Positions 24,647-33,589 of a DNA stretch of 60,259 nt are shown piece by piece (the stretch's first letter is position 1; each line of letters opens with the position of its first letter). The DNA comes from a virus (Duplodnaviria > Caudoviricetes). Position numbers and translations under genes: made by a program. Under the pieces are notes generated by a model. That model did not search any database. It was not told the DNA's origin and was given only the letters and a program-made list of their open reading frames with translations. Location: the IMG/VR virus record IMGVR_UViG_3300044497_000019, positions 1 to 60,259 of that record; one strand, given 5' to 3'.

Positions 24647-25549
24647 TCAGCCTCGAATACGGGGAACAGCGTCGGCGGGTGTCCACCTGAAATCAGGTTT
24701 GCGTCCGACGCGACGCTGCACCACGAGGTTCCACGCGACGATCCACGCGGATATGCGCGCCAGTTCATGCACGCGACCGTTGGATGCCGTGTTGAGTGCG
24801 GCGAGGTAGTCGCTCGCCTTTTTGATCGGACGCATCCGACCGCCCCAATTGCGCGCCGCCCACGCCTCGAAAAATTCATTGGCGAGAGCAGGGTTCTTGT
24901 CGGCGAACAAATAGTGCAGCGCCGCTGCGATGGTCTTGGGTGTATCGTCGGCATTGGAAACAGCCCGTGCCGCCGCCACCGATACCTTCATCCGCACGCT
25001 GTCATAGTGTTCGTGGAACGCATTGACGCCTTCGTTTTGCGTGAGACCAGAACGATCCTTGACGGTGTTGGTTCTGAATTTCTCCAGCCACCTCACCGCG
25101 CCAGCTACCGTTGTCGGATTTTCGACGCCTTCGATGGCGAAGGCATCACCGACCGTGCGGGGCTTTCCGTTGTCGAGGAAGGTAAAGATGCGGTCGTCCA
25201 GACCGAACACGACGTGCGTCGTGAACGGCACGCCCGAACGCACGCACGCTTCCATACGGTTCTGTCCGTCGCGGAGATATAGATTGGAAAACTTCACCGT
25301 GTCGCCGGTCAGCTTCCAGTTGCCCGCCGTCATGTAGTTGGCGAATTCGGCGACCTTGACCGACTTGCGCGGGCGGTTGTTGCTGTTCAACTGTTCCAGT
25401 ATCATCTTGGCTGCACCGGGCGTGAACGTCATGATCACGCTTGGTCCGTGCGGCTCTTGCATTAAGTGTTTGATCGAGCGTTCAACAAATGCCTCATCGG
25501 CATTTTGCTTCGCCGCGCGCCGCGCGGTTTTAAGGTCTGCGACTGTCAT
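24647..25549 (-). CDS. ParB/Srx-like (DGQxR) domain protein
   Basis: 'N.NNRP...V..FA..M..G.W', 'L.DGQNR..A', 'D.G..RT..D'. Confidence 0.65.
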   Translation of the reverse strand: MTVADLKTARRAAKQNADEAFVERSIKHLMQEPHGPSVIMTFTPGAAKMILEQLNSNNRPRKSVKVAEFANYMTAGNWKLTGDTVKFSNLYLRDGQNRMEACVRSGVPFTTHVVFGLDDRIFTFLDNGKPRTVGDAFAIEGVENPTTVAGAVRWLEKFRTNTVKDRSGLTQNEGVNAFHEHYDSVRMKVSVAAARAVSNADDTPKTIAAALHYLFADKNPALANEFFEAWAARNWGGRMRPIKKASDYLAALNTASNGRVHELARISAWIVAWNLVVQRRVGRKPDFRWTPADAVPRIRG

Positions 25550-25582
25550 TGCTTCACCTGTGTGATCGCCGCTTGATTGGTC

Positions 25583-25615
25583 GGGGCGGGCCATGCGGCG
25601 AAGCTGGCCCGCCCC
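25583..25615. promoter_or_regulatory. GC-rich hairpin in divergent intergenic region
   Basis: GGGGCGGGCCA...TGGCCCGCCCC inverted repeat upstream of the leftward operon. Confidence 0.45.
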
Positions 25616-25818
25616 TCACGCCGTAGGGTCCAATCGGCGTGTCCACGTTGATCGCGGAGACAAGCAACTAACAACCGCGACCGTGCCTCGCGTCGGAGCA
25701 AACACAACCCGCCTCCTGTTCGCGACACATGCCGGTTGTACACTAGGCGGTGGAACCTTGGCAAGCGCCGCTTGCATCCGGCTGTGGACGGGCGTAAAAA
25801 TCCTTTCGGCGGAAGGCG

Positions 25819-26016
25819 ATGTCAGAACCACCGGCAGCATCAACAGACGACCAGATCGCCTCGATGGAGCAGGCGATCAACGCCGTTGCGTGCGGCAAGG
25901 CGACGTTCGCCGACGCGTTCGGCATCGAGGATGTCGTCGGTCTGCTCTTGCGCATCCGCGCCCTCAAAGCCGAACGGAAAGAGCTACAGCGACGCGCCGC
26001 ATTCCGTGGCGCGTGA
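25819..26016 (+). CDS. Hypothetical protein
   Basis: First ORF of rightward operon; GGAAGG upstream. Confidence 0.5.
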   Translation: MSEPPAASTDDQIASMEQAINAVACGKATFADAFGIEDVVGLLLRIRALKAERKELQRRAAFRGA

Positions 26017-26030
26017 ACAGGAGCAGCGAC

Positions 26031-26477
26031 ATGGCGAAAGCAGCGAAGGCGGCGAGCGACGATGCGGTGGCTGGCATCAAGATGGCAGGGAAATTCCTGA
26101 CCAGCATCCTCGACGCCTATGCCAACATCGAGAGTGCGCGCGGAAAATTCATGAACGCCGCACGCAAGGAACGCGAGCAGATGACCGCGCTCTATGAGCA
26201 GATGGCGGCGAACGGCGTCAGCCAAAAATCTGCCAAGACCAACGTCAAGATCACGCGCGCGATGCTGAAAATCGAGGGATGGATCGCCGATCTGGAGGAC
26301 GAGGATCGCAAGATGGCGGCGCGTCTCGCCAAGGCGCAAGAGGACAAGCGCCAGCTTTCGTTTTTCCCCGACGAGCCGAAGCCGCCGCGCGCGAAGGCGA
26401 AGGCGAAGGCGAAGGCGACGCCGAAGGTTGTTGAACCGCAGAGCAACGGCGAGGCGGAAACTAATCTGGCGGCGTGA
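26031..26477 (+). CDS. Hypothetical helical protein
   Basis: AGGAG RBS; Ala/Lys-rich C-terminus. Confidence 0.65.
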   Translation: MAKAAKAASDDAVAGIKMAGKFLTSILDAYANIESARGKFMNAARKEREQMTALYEQMAANGVSQKSAKTNVKITRAMLKIEGWIADLEDEDRKMAARLAKAQEDKRQLSFFPDEPKPPRAKAKAKAKATPKVVEPQSNGEAETNLAA

Positions 26478-26479
26478 TA

Positions 26480-26640
26480 GGGTCGGTTGCTGGAGCGTTC
26501 CGCCGCGCACCTCACAGAACCGCGCGGCATGGTCGTTGCTCCGCTCCAGCCAGTCCACTCGGCGGTGACTGCGATAACACCGAGAGCCGGTGGCGCTTAG
26601 TTCCTTTCGGGCGCGCGACCGGCAACTTTTTCAAGGGAGC
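26480..26640 (+). ncRNA. Putative structured RNA with three hairpins and an anti-SD loop
   Basis: Stems GCTGGAGCG/CGCTCCAGC, CTCGG/CCGAG, GCCGGT..GCGC/GCGC..ACCGGC; last loop AGTTCCTTTC. Confidence 0.4.
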
Positions 26641-26645
26641 AAACA

Positions 26646-26858
26646 ATGGCAAAGCAGGAAGCAGGACCGCGCGAGGCGCAGCTACGTGCGCAGCGTGAGG
26701 CGATGGACATCAAGCGCAAGATGGCGGCGCGCGAATTGCAGATGACGAAACCGTCCGAAGGCGGGCAGAGCAGCGGCAAGGTCAAGAGCGTCGGCAAGCT
26801 CACGAGGATGAAGGCGCGAGCGATCAACAAAATGCGCGGCGGTAAGCGCGGTCGATGA
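26646..26858 (+). CDS. Small basic hypothetical protein
   Basis: GGGAGCAAACAATG start context. Confidence 0.6.
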   Translation: MAKQEAGPREAQLRAQREAMDIKRKMAARELQMTKPSEGGQSSGKVKSVGKLTRMKARAINKMRGGKRGR

Positions 26859-27556
26859 CGCTCACCGCGCAGGATCGTAAGGACGCTGCGGAGCACGCGC
26901 AACGGCGTTGGGATTTTCACCGGCAGCGCGGCACGGTTGATCAAATAGTCGCCGACGACATGGACGGCATGGAAGCGATCCGCCGTGGTCTGCTTGGCGA
27001 ATACGAATGCCAGCACGTGTTCGGATCGACCGTTGACGTGGAGCTACGCGCAGGCGGCGACGGCGGTCAGGATTTTTTCCTGCACTTGCGTGTCGCCGAT
27101 CATCCTGTTCGGTTCCGTGTGGATGTGAAAACGTCATCCTTCGAAGGTGATCGTGATCTGACATGGTTGCTCGTGCGGAAGCACAAGATCGAAAAACAGG
27201 TGATCTACATCCACGGTCAATATATTTCCAAGAGCGACGACGTGGAATTGCAAGGATGGGCGTGGGGCGTGGAGTTGATCCGGCGGAACGAAATCCGCGT
27301 GCTGACATCGAAAGGCATCGAGAATTATTCCATGCCGGTGACAGAGTGTCGGAGCATTGATGAACTGTTGGCGAGGATCGTGTACGTGCCGACGCCAGAG
27401 GAAGTGGAGGCGCGGCGCGGTTTCGTCGGCGAGGATCGCGGGCACCTCGTGCACTATTGCCATTGCGGCAAGTGGGGCTTTCACGGTCACGAGGTTGACA
27501 CGCGCAAAGGCAAGCTAGGCGTCTGGTTCTGCGGCGAACACAAGCCAGCGGATTGA
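26855..27556 (+). CDS. PD-(D/E)XK-like nuclease with C-terminal Cys/His cluster
   Basis: 'GLLGE', 'DGG.D', 'VDVKT'; 'CHCG..G..G...WFC..H'. Confidence 0.55.
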   Translation: MTLTAQDRKDAAEHAQRRWDFHRQRGTVDQIVADDMDGMEAIRRGLLGEYECQHVFGSTVDVELRAGGDGGQDFFLHLRVADHPVRFRVDVKTSSFEGDRDLTWLLVRKHKIEKQVIYIHGQYISKSDDVELQGWAWGVELIRRNEIRVLTSKGIENYSMPVTECRSIDELLARIVYVPTPEEVEARRGFVGEDRGHLVHYCHCGKWGFHGHEVDTRKGKLGVWFCGEHKPAD

Positions 27557-27558
27557 TC

Positions 27559-27741
27559 ATGGCACGCAAGAAAAAACCCGCCATCACCGACGACGTTGGC
27601 AAGCTGTTGCGCAGCTACGGTCTCGACACGATCACCGAAACGGAATTCTGGGATCGGATGCGCCGCGCTGGTTTCACGCAAGCCACCATCGACAAATTTC
27701 TGGACGACGAACGCGCCAAGCTCGACAAGGAACGCGGATGA
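27559..27741 (+). CDS. Hypothetical protein
   Basis: Operon-coupled ORF. Confidence 0.55.
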   Translation: MARKKKPAITDDVGKLLRSYGLDTITETEFWDRMRRAGFTQATIDKFLDDERAKLDKERG

Positions 27742-27926
27742 CGTGGGTGTCGGATTACGAACCGGCGCGCAACTCCAGCGCATGGGCCATCGGCGAGGAA
27801 ACGCGTCGCGGCTTCAAGGTGCGGCGCGTGGTCTGGGGCAGATTGTTGGCGCGTGCTGAAAAGCGAAAGGGCGAGCGCATCAAACGCGCGTCGATCTGGA
27901 TCGAACGTGAAAAGATGTTGCGATGA
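27738..27926 (+). CDS. Hypothetical protein
   Basis: ATGA overlaps at both ends. Confidence 0.55.
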   Translation: MTWVSDYEPARNSSAWAIGEETRRGFKVRRVVWGRLLARAEKRKGERIKRASIWIEREKMLR

Positions 27927-28447
27927 AATTTTCTGGCAACGTGCTGGCGCTCGACATCGCGACGACGACCGGATGGGCGCACGGCAAGCCGGGATCGGTG
28001 CCGACGTTCGGCTCGATCCGCTTCGGCAAGGCTGGTGGTGCACGTGGCAACGCCTATCGGCAGATGCGCACGTGGCTGGACCTGTTCTGCTCTGCACACG
28101 CGACCGCGCTGGTGGTTTTTGAAAGCCCCGCCGTGCCCATGATCATGCACGGTCGAACAAACATCGACACGGTGAAATTGTTGGTCGGCTTCGCGGAGCA
28201 TCTGGAGGAATGGGCGCAAGGCGTGGTCGAGCTACGCGAGGCGAGCGTGCAACAGGTGCGCTCCCATTTCATCGGTCGGAATTTCAAGAGCTTGGTTGCC
28301 AAGGGCATGACCATCGAACGGTGCCGGTCGCTTGGATGGGCGGTCAACAATTCGGATGAAGCCGACGCATGTGCCTTGTGGGACTACCAAATTTGCCATC
28401 TGCGCCCTGATCTGGCGGCACGCACCACGCCGCTGTTCGCGTCGTGA
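27923..28447 (+). CDS. RuvC-like Holliday junction resolvase
   Basis: 'LALD.ATTTGWA', 'VVFE', 'N.DEADA.A'. Confidence 0.8.
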   Translation: MKFSGNVLALDIATTTGWAHGKPGSVPTFGSIRFGKAGGARGNAYRQMRTWLDLFCSAHATALVVFESPAVPMIMHGRTNIDTVKLLVGFAEHLEEWAQGVVELREASVQQVRSHFIGRNFKSLVAKGMTIERCRSLGWAVNNSDEADACALWDYQICHLRPDLAARTTPLFAS

Positions 28448-29024
28448 CCTACTACCGGCGGATCGGCGGCGTGTGCACACCGCCTACATTTTGTGGGTTG
28501 CCAAATCAGTCTGGCGGGATCAGGCTTCGATCCAGCGGCGCAGTCATGCGCCTAAAATGCGAACGGCGGCGCTCTAGCCAAGCGACCGCCGCTCTAGCCC
28601 GATCACCTGTAGCAGAGGTGGCGCGAGCCTTGAATGGAAACCATTGCACACGGTTTCTGCTCAACACAAGCCCCATCCTGAATTCTAGTTCCGTGATTGG
28701 CTGCGCGTCCGGTGTGAGGAATGTTTTTCCTGACTGGGGTCGTGGCAGCAAAAACCAGTCGGACGACGCCGCGCATATTGGCATCGCCCACGGCTTGTCG
28801 CGTGGGAAGCACGAGGTCGCCAGCGCGGATGTCGGTACGCCCCGGCTCTTTGCACGATGTGTCCGGTGGCGGGCATTTTGTGTGAGGGGTCGGGGTGTAG
28901 CTATGGAGAAAGAGGCTACCGAAGGAAGCAAGGGGAAAGGAAGATTACAGTGGTGGTTATTCTAACAGGGCCGCACAACCGCCATCGAAGGGACCAACAA
29001 ACAAACAACCGAAAGGCGAGCGAC
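28448..29024. other. Non-coding, hairpin-rich region (candidate origin or ncRNA)
   Basis: No convincing ORF; several inverted repeats; direct repeat CGCTCTAGCC x2; purine-rich 3' part. Confidence 0.4.
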
Positions 29025-29240
29025 GTGAGAGCGAGACAAATCCAGAGCCTTGAGCGGGAGCGTGAACGGCAGCGAGTGCGGGAGGAATTGCGCGAACAGG
29101 CGAAGGCGATCTGCACCGGCTGCGCTGCCGACTGGAACATTTACTACAGTCACGCGCACGGCGACATGCGCTGTAGGGCGCGCTCCATCCGGCGACGGAT
29201 GCATCGGATCAACAAACAAACGAAAGGAAAGCAGTCATGA
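29025..29240 (+). CDS. Hypothetical protein
   Basis: GTG start after GAAAGG; coupled to next gene. Confidence 0.45.
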   Translation: MRARQIQSLERERERQRVREELREQAKAICTGCAADWNIYYSHAHGDMRCRARSIRRRMHRINKQTKGKQS

Positions 29241-29437
29241 GCAAACAAACAACACCGATGCAGGCGATGCGCCAGCGCGTGAAGGAGAAGGATTTAAGCC
29301 CTGAATATTTTGCGACGGTTTACGCGCTGGGTGAAATTCTCCAGCGGCGCGGCATCCGGTGCACACCGGAGGATGAGGTGGCGATTGCGGATTTTGTGTT
29401 GAAGCGGCTGCGTGAGCGGTGGGAGTTTCCGCGATGA
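29237..29437 (+). CDS. Hypothetical protein
   Basis: GAAAGGA RBS. Confidence 0.6.
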   Translation: MSKQTTPMQAMRQRVKEKDLSPEYFATVYALGEILQRRGIRCTPEDEVAIADFVLKRLRERWEFPR

Positions 29438-29721
29438 CCAAACAAACACCGACCGGAACGGAAACGCTGCCTGCCATTGAGGACATCAAACAGTATTGCA
29501 TCGAACGCGACGCCGTGTTGCGCAAGCTCGATGTGGATGCGCTCCATGTGCACATGGCGAAGTGGAATGTGCCGCGACCGGAGCGGTGGGCGCATCCATC
29601 GGTGCCGGTCGCGATGATGCACAAGGCGCGGCTGTCGATCAACGCGTTCACCGCAGAGGAAAAGGAAGTGTCGCGCGTGTGGTTGCTGGCGAATGATTAT
29701 TTGCTGCCGCCGGAAGGGTGA
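29434..29721 (+). CDS. Hypothetical protein
   Basis: ATGA overlap. Confidence 0.6.
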   Translation: MTKQTPTGTETLPAIEDIKQYCIERDAVLRKLDVDALHVHMAKWNVPRPERWAHPSVPVAMMHKARLSINAFTAEEKEVSRVWLLANDYLLPPEG

Positions 29722-29725
29722 GGCG

Positions 29726-29974
29726 ATGGCGCAGACACCGCAGCAAATCCGCGCGGAGGAATTTCGCCGCAAGGTGCAATTCGCCGCCTCCGATCTGAAA
29801 AACAAAAAAGCGAAAAACATCGCCATTGCGATTGACGACCTGTACCGGCGGCACGCGCCGCCGCGCGATCATGATCGGCTCGTGGAGTTGGTCAATCATC
29901 AAATCAGGCACGCGATGCAATTGGTCGTCGGCACCGTGACCGGCGTGCACCGATTGGAGAGCGACGACGAATGA
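29726..29974 (+). CDS. Hypothetical protein
   Basis: GAGG RBS. Confidence 0.6.
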   Translation: MAQTPQQIRAEEFRRKVQFAASDLKNKKAKNIAIAIDDLYRRHAPPRDHDRLVELVNHQIRHAMQLVVGTVTGVHRLESDDE

Positions 29975-30249
29975 TCGCCGACGCCGACATCGACGCCGCG
30001 ACATCGGAGCGGCAGGCATATTTGCTGCACACGATGCGCGTGCTGTGGGTACAGTACGAAACGGCGCAGCATGATTTGGTCGCCGTCGCCTCCGCACTCA
30101 AAATCGGATTGATCAACAACGAAATGGCAATCGGACTGCTCGCAGGCTACGGCATCCTCCATCTGTTAGGCGAGGACGAATACCGTGGCTACGAATACGC
30201 GGAGGGCGTCGTGCTGCCGGATGCGCTGCCGATGGAGCCGCCGCCATGA
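29971..30249 (+). CDS. Hypothetical protein
   Basis: GGAG RBS, ATGA overlap. Confidence 0.6.
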   Translation: MIADADIDAATSERQAYLLHTMRVLWVQYETAQHDLVAVASALKIGLINNEMAIGLLAGYGILHLLGEDEYRGYEYAEGVVLPDALPMEPPP

Positions 30250-30581
30250 CAGCGGTCGAGTGCAACGGATGCCGCGCGTGCTGTCGCTTCCAGTTGATCA
30301 TGTTGATGGACGGTGACGATCCGAAAAAATTCGACACCATCACGATCCTGCATCCAGAGCATGGCGAGGTGCATGTGCTGCGGCGAATGCCAAACGGCGA
30401 TTGCGTCTACCTCGCAGAGCATGGTTGCTCGATCCATGCGCGCGCACCGAAAGTGTGCCGCGCGTTCGATTGTCGGCAGTTCATTGCTGGCATGACAAGC
30501 GCGCATCGGCGCACGCTTATGCGTGACAAGGTGATGGGCGAGGTGGTGAAGGCGGGCAAGGCGAGACTGCACACATTGTGA
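30246..30581 (+). CDS. YkgJ-family cysteine-cluster protein
   Basis: 'CNGCRACC', 'CVYL...GCSIH...P.VCR.FDC'. Confidence 0.85.
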   Translation: MTAVECNGCRACCRFQLIMLMDGDDPKKFDTITILHPEHGEVHVLRRMPNGDCVYLAEHGCSIHARAPKVCRAFDCRQFIAGMTSAHRRTLMRDKVMGEVVKAGKARLHTL

Positions 30582-30593
30582 AGGAGGCGAACC

Positions 30594-32192
30594 GTGCGCA
30601 AATTGCGAGAGGATCAGGAATGGGCGTTGGATCAACTCCGCACCCACATCGCCGCCGGTCATCGGCGGATCGTGATGCAGGCACCGACCGGCTACGGAAA
30701 AACAATTCTGGCGTCGGCGGTGGTGAGCGGCGCAATCAAAAAATCGAACCGCGTGCTGTTCACCGTGCCTGCCGTTTCGTTGATCGACCAAACAATGGAA
30801 ATGTTTTACCAGCAAGGCATCACCGATGTCGGTGTGATCCAAGCCCATCACGCAATGACGAATTGGGATCAGCCGGTGCAGATCGCCAGCGTCCAGACGC
30901 TCATGAAACGCACCATGCCGGAATGCGACATCGTGCTGGTGGATGAAGTGCACCGCTGGTTCAATGTGTACACAAAGTGGCTGGACTACACGACCGGCTG
31001 GCAATGCCCGGTGATCGGATTGAGCGCAACGCCGTGGTCGCCAAGTCTCGGCACCTACTTTGCTGGACCGCGCAATTATGCCGACGAGGATCGCAAGCCG
31101 TGCCTGATCGTTGCTTCAACAATTCAGAACCTGATTGATGAAGGCAGGCTCTCGCCGTTCCGCGTGTTCGCTTCCTCGCATCCTGATTTGTCCGACGTGT
31201 CCACGGTGGCGGGCGACTATCACGAGGAACAATTGTCCAAGGCGATGCAACGCGGCACGCTGGTCGGCGATGCCGTCGAGACATGGTTGAGGCTGGGAGA
31301 GAACCGACCAACATTTTGCTACGCTGTGGATCGCGCGCACGCCATGCACCTGAAAGAAAAATTCGAGGCGGCGGGCGTGCCATGCGCCTATCAGGATGGG
31401 AACACGAAGGATGCCGACACGCGCAACAAGGCGAGCGGATTGTGGGTCGATGGGCGCAAGACCATCCGGCGGAAATTCCACGACGGCGAAATCAAGGTGG
31501 TGGTGTCGGTCGGCACGCTCACGACCGGCGTTGATTGGGATGTTCGTTGCCTCTCTATTTGCAGACCAACAAAATCGGACATGCTGTTCACGCAAATTGT
31601 TGGTCGCGGATTGCGCACGGCGGAAGGCAAGGCGGATTGTTTGATCCTCGATCATTCCGACAACCACGCGCGCCTTGGTTTCGTCACCAGCATTGATGTC
31701 AGCTACGAGGGCTTGCACGTCGGCAAAACGCCGATGCACTCCAACAGGAAGGACGACGGCATCCGCCTGCCGAAAGAATGCCCGAAGTGTGCGTTCCTGC
31801 GACCGCCAACGACGCCGACCTGTCCCGCCTGCGGCTTCACCGCCAAGGTGGTGAGTACGGTGGAGGCGCAGGCAGGCGAGTTGCGTGAACTGAAACCGAA
31901 GCCGAAGCCGGTTCCTGTTCCGCGCGATCTGTCATCGACGGTCGAGCGTGAGATATTTTTCCGCGAACTAAAAGCGCACGGCATCGCGAAGGGCTACAAT
32001 GCGAATTGGGCAGCGAACGTGTACCGGGAAAAAATCGGTTCGTTTCCTCCCGCTCACTTCAAGTGGCTCGACCCTGCCGCTGGCGTATCGCCGTGGACGC
32101 AAAACTGGATCACGTCGCGCATGATCGCCTATGCGCGGAGCAAGCGACCGGCACCACGCGTGTTTCCGTACCGACCGCCGACACTGTTGTGA
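30594..32192 (+). CDS. SF2 DEAD/DEAH-box helicase with C-terminal Zn finger
   Basis: 'APTGYGKT', 'DEVH', 'SAT', 'TTGVD', 'QIVGRGLR', 'CPKC...CPACG'. Confidence 0.95.
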   Translation: MRKLREDQEWALDQLRTHIAAGHRRIVMQAPTGYGKTILASAVVSGAIKKSNRVLFTVPAVSLIDQTMEMFYQQGITDVGVIQAHHAMTNWDQPVQIASVQTLMKRTMPECDIVLVDEVHRWFNVYTKWLDYTTGWQCPVIGLSATPWSPSLGTYFAGPRNYADEDRKPCLIVASTIQNLIDEGRLSPFRVFASSHPDLSDVSTVAGDYHEEQLSKAMQRGTLVGDAVETWLRLGENRPTFCYAVDRAHAMHLKEKFEAAGVPCAYQDGNTKDADTRNKASGLWVDGRKTIRRKFHDGEIKVVVSVGTLTTGVDWDVRCLSICRPTKSDMLFTQIVGRGLRTAEGKADCLILDHSDNHARLGFVTSIDVSYEGLHVGKTPMHSNRKDDGIRLPKECPKCAFLRPPTTPTCPACGFTAKVVSTVEAQAGELRELKPKPKPVPVPRDLSSTVEREIFFRELKAHGIAKGYNANWAANVYREKIGSFPPAHFKWLDPAAGVSPWTQNWITSRMIAYARSKRPAPRVFPYRPPTLL

Positions 32193-32196
32193 CGCC

Positions 32197-32880
32197 ATGA
32201 GCACCACCACCGTGATCTGGGTTGCCAACGTGCAAGTGGAATTGTTGGACGACGGCGATGCCATCGTGCGCATGACCAACAACAAAAAACTGTGGGAGCC
32301 GGAGACGCGCGCCTGTTGGCATTCGCTGCGCAAGGAAGGCGAGTTGGTGATTGATGTCGGTGCCTACACCGGGATTTATTCCATCGCCTCCGCTCTCATG
32401 GGATCGAAGGTGCTGGCGTTTGAACCGCATCCGACCAACTTCATCCGCCTGAAAAAAAATGCGGCGATCAACAGCGCCAAGATCGGCATGTTGCCACTGG
32501 CGGCGTCGGACAGGATCGGTCTCATGCACCTCGTGTCCGGTCGCAAGCTCGACAGTGTGAGCGACACCGCCTCCGTTGCCTCACGCTTGCACAAACCTAA
32601 CATCGGCGGCGATGTCGTGTGCGTGATGCCGGTGATGGCGAAGCGCCTCGATGATGTCGAAGGCCCGTGCAAGGTTTGTTTGATCAAAATCGACGTGGAG
32701 GGCCACGAGTGCGAGGTGATCATGGGTGCGCGCAACATGATCATGAGGCACCGCCCATTGATAGTGGTGGAGGTGCTGTCGCAGGCGCAAGCCTACGCGG
32801 TCGAGTGTTTGATGCAGACCATGCGCTACCGTTGCCGCCACACGATGGACAAGCGCAACCGGCTCTATGCACCGGACTAG
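32197..32880 (+). CDS. FkbM-family methyltransferase (second copy)
   Basis: 'IDVGAYTGIYS', 'AFEP', 'IKIDVEGHE'. Confidence 0.9.
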   Translation: MSTTTVIWVANVQVELLDDGDAIVRMTNNKKLWEPETRACWHSLRKEGELVIDVGAYTGIYSIASALMGSKVLAFEPHPTNFIRLKKNAAINSAKIGMLPLAASDRIGLMHLVSGRKLDSVSDTASVASRLHKPNIGGDVVCVMPVMAKRLDDVEGPCKVCLIKIDVEGHECEVIMGARNMIMRHRPLIVVEVLSQAQAYAVECLMQTMRYRCRHTMDKRNRLYAPD

Positions 32881-32911
32881 ATCGGCGGTAGGATCGCCAC
32901 GGAGGCGCAGC

Positions 32912-33523
32912 ATGGTCGTTCGTGTGCAATGGGATTTCAGCGACTGGCAGCAAACCGCGATGGCGATTGGTGCTGCCGAAAATCAGGTGCCGTACGCGAT
33001 GGCGCTCGCCATGAACCGCGCCGCCGACATCACGCGATCATTTCTGATCCGCCACACATGGCCCGGTGCGATCAAACAACGCAACGCATCCTTCATCGCC
33101 GCGTCGCTCACGACACGGGGCGCACGAGCAAACAAACGATCCTTGTCGGTGGAAATCTACGACCGCCTCAACAGAGGAAATTTGTTGATGCAGGCGTTGG
33201 GCGGCGTGCGCACGCCACGCGGCGGATCGAACCTCGCCATTCCTGCGAGCGACATTCCTCGATCCGGTCGCGGCGTGCCCGGTCGCCTGCGACCACGGAA
33301 CATGGGCAACCGCGCCTTCAAGCTGCGGGACAAATTGTACACGCGCACCACGAAGGGTCGGCTCAAATTGTTGTACGCGTTGAAACATGCGACGCCCATT
33401 CCGCGCCGCGTTCCATTCCACGCGGACTTCGCCGCCTCGATGCATCGCGAAATGATGCGCACGCTACCGGCGGCGATCCAGCGCGCTATGGGCACCGCCT
33501 TCAACCGCCGCCAGAAAAGGTGA
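32912..33523 (+). CDS. Minor tail protein Z-like / neck protein
   Basis: 'QVPYA.A.A.N..A', 'GG.R', basic, ends 'A..RAM.TA'. Confidence 0.55.
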   Translation: MVVRVQWDFSDWQQTAMAIGAAENQVPYAMALAMNRAADITRSFLIRHTWPGAIKQRNASFIAASLTTRGARANKRSLSVEIYDRLNRGNLLMQALGGVRTPRGGSNLAIPASDIPRSGRGVPGRLRPRNMGNRAFKLRDKLYTRTTKGRLKLLYALKHATPIPRRVPFHADFAASMHREMMRTLPAAIQRAMGTAFNRRQKR

Positions 33524-33589
33524 ACAGGATGCGCGTGCACTTCACGTTCCAATCGCCGACATCGCGCCGCGATCACGAGCGCATCCGAC

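Noticed and set aside
25735-25801. Divergent sigma70 promoters (TTGCAT..TAAAAA; TTGCCA..TACAAC)
   Set aside because: Plausible location but -10 matches too weak to call
26480-26640. tRNA gene
   Set aside because: No T-loop GTTCRA consensus or cloverleaf spacing
28444-28965. 173-aa plus-strand ORF and overlapping antisense ORFs
   Set aside because: Atypical codon and amino-acid composition, no motifs, extensive hairpins
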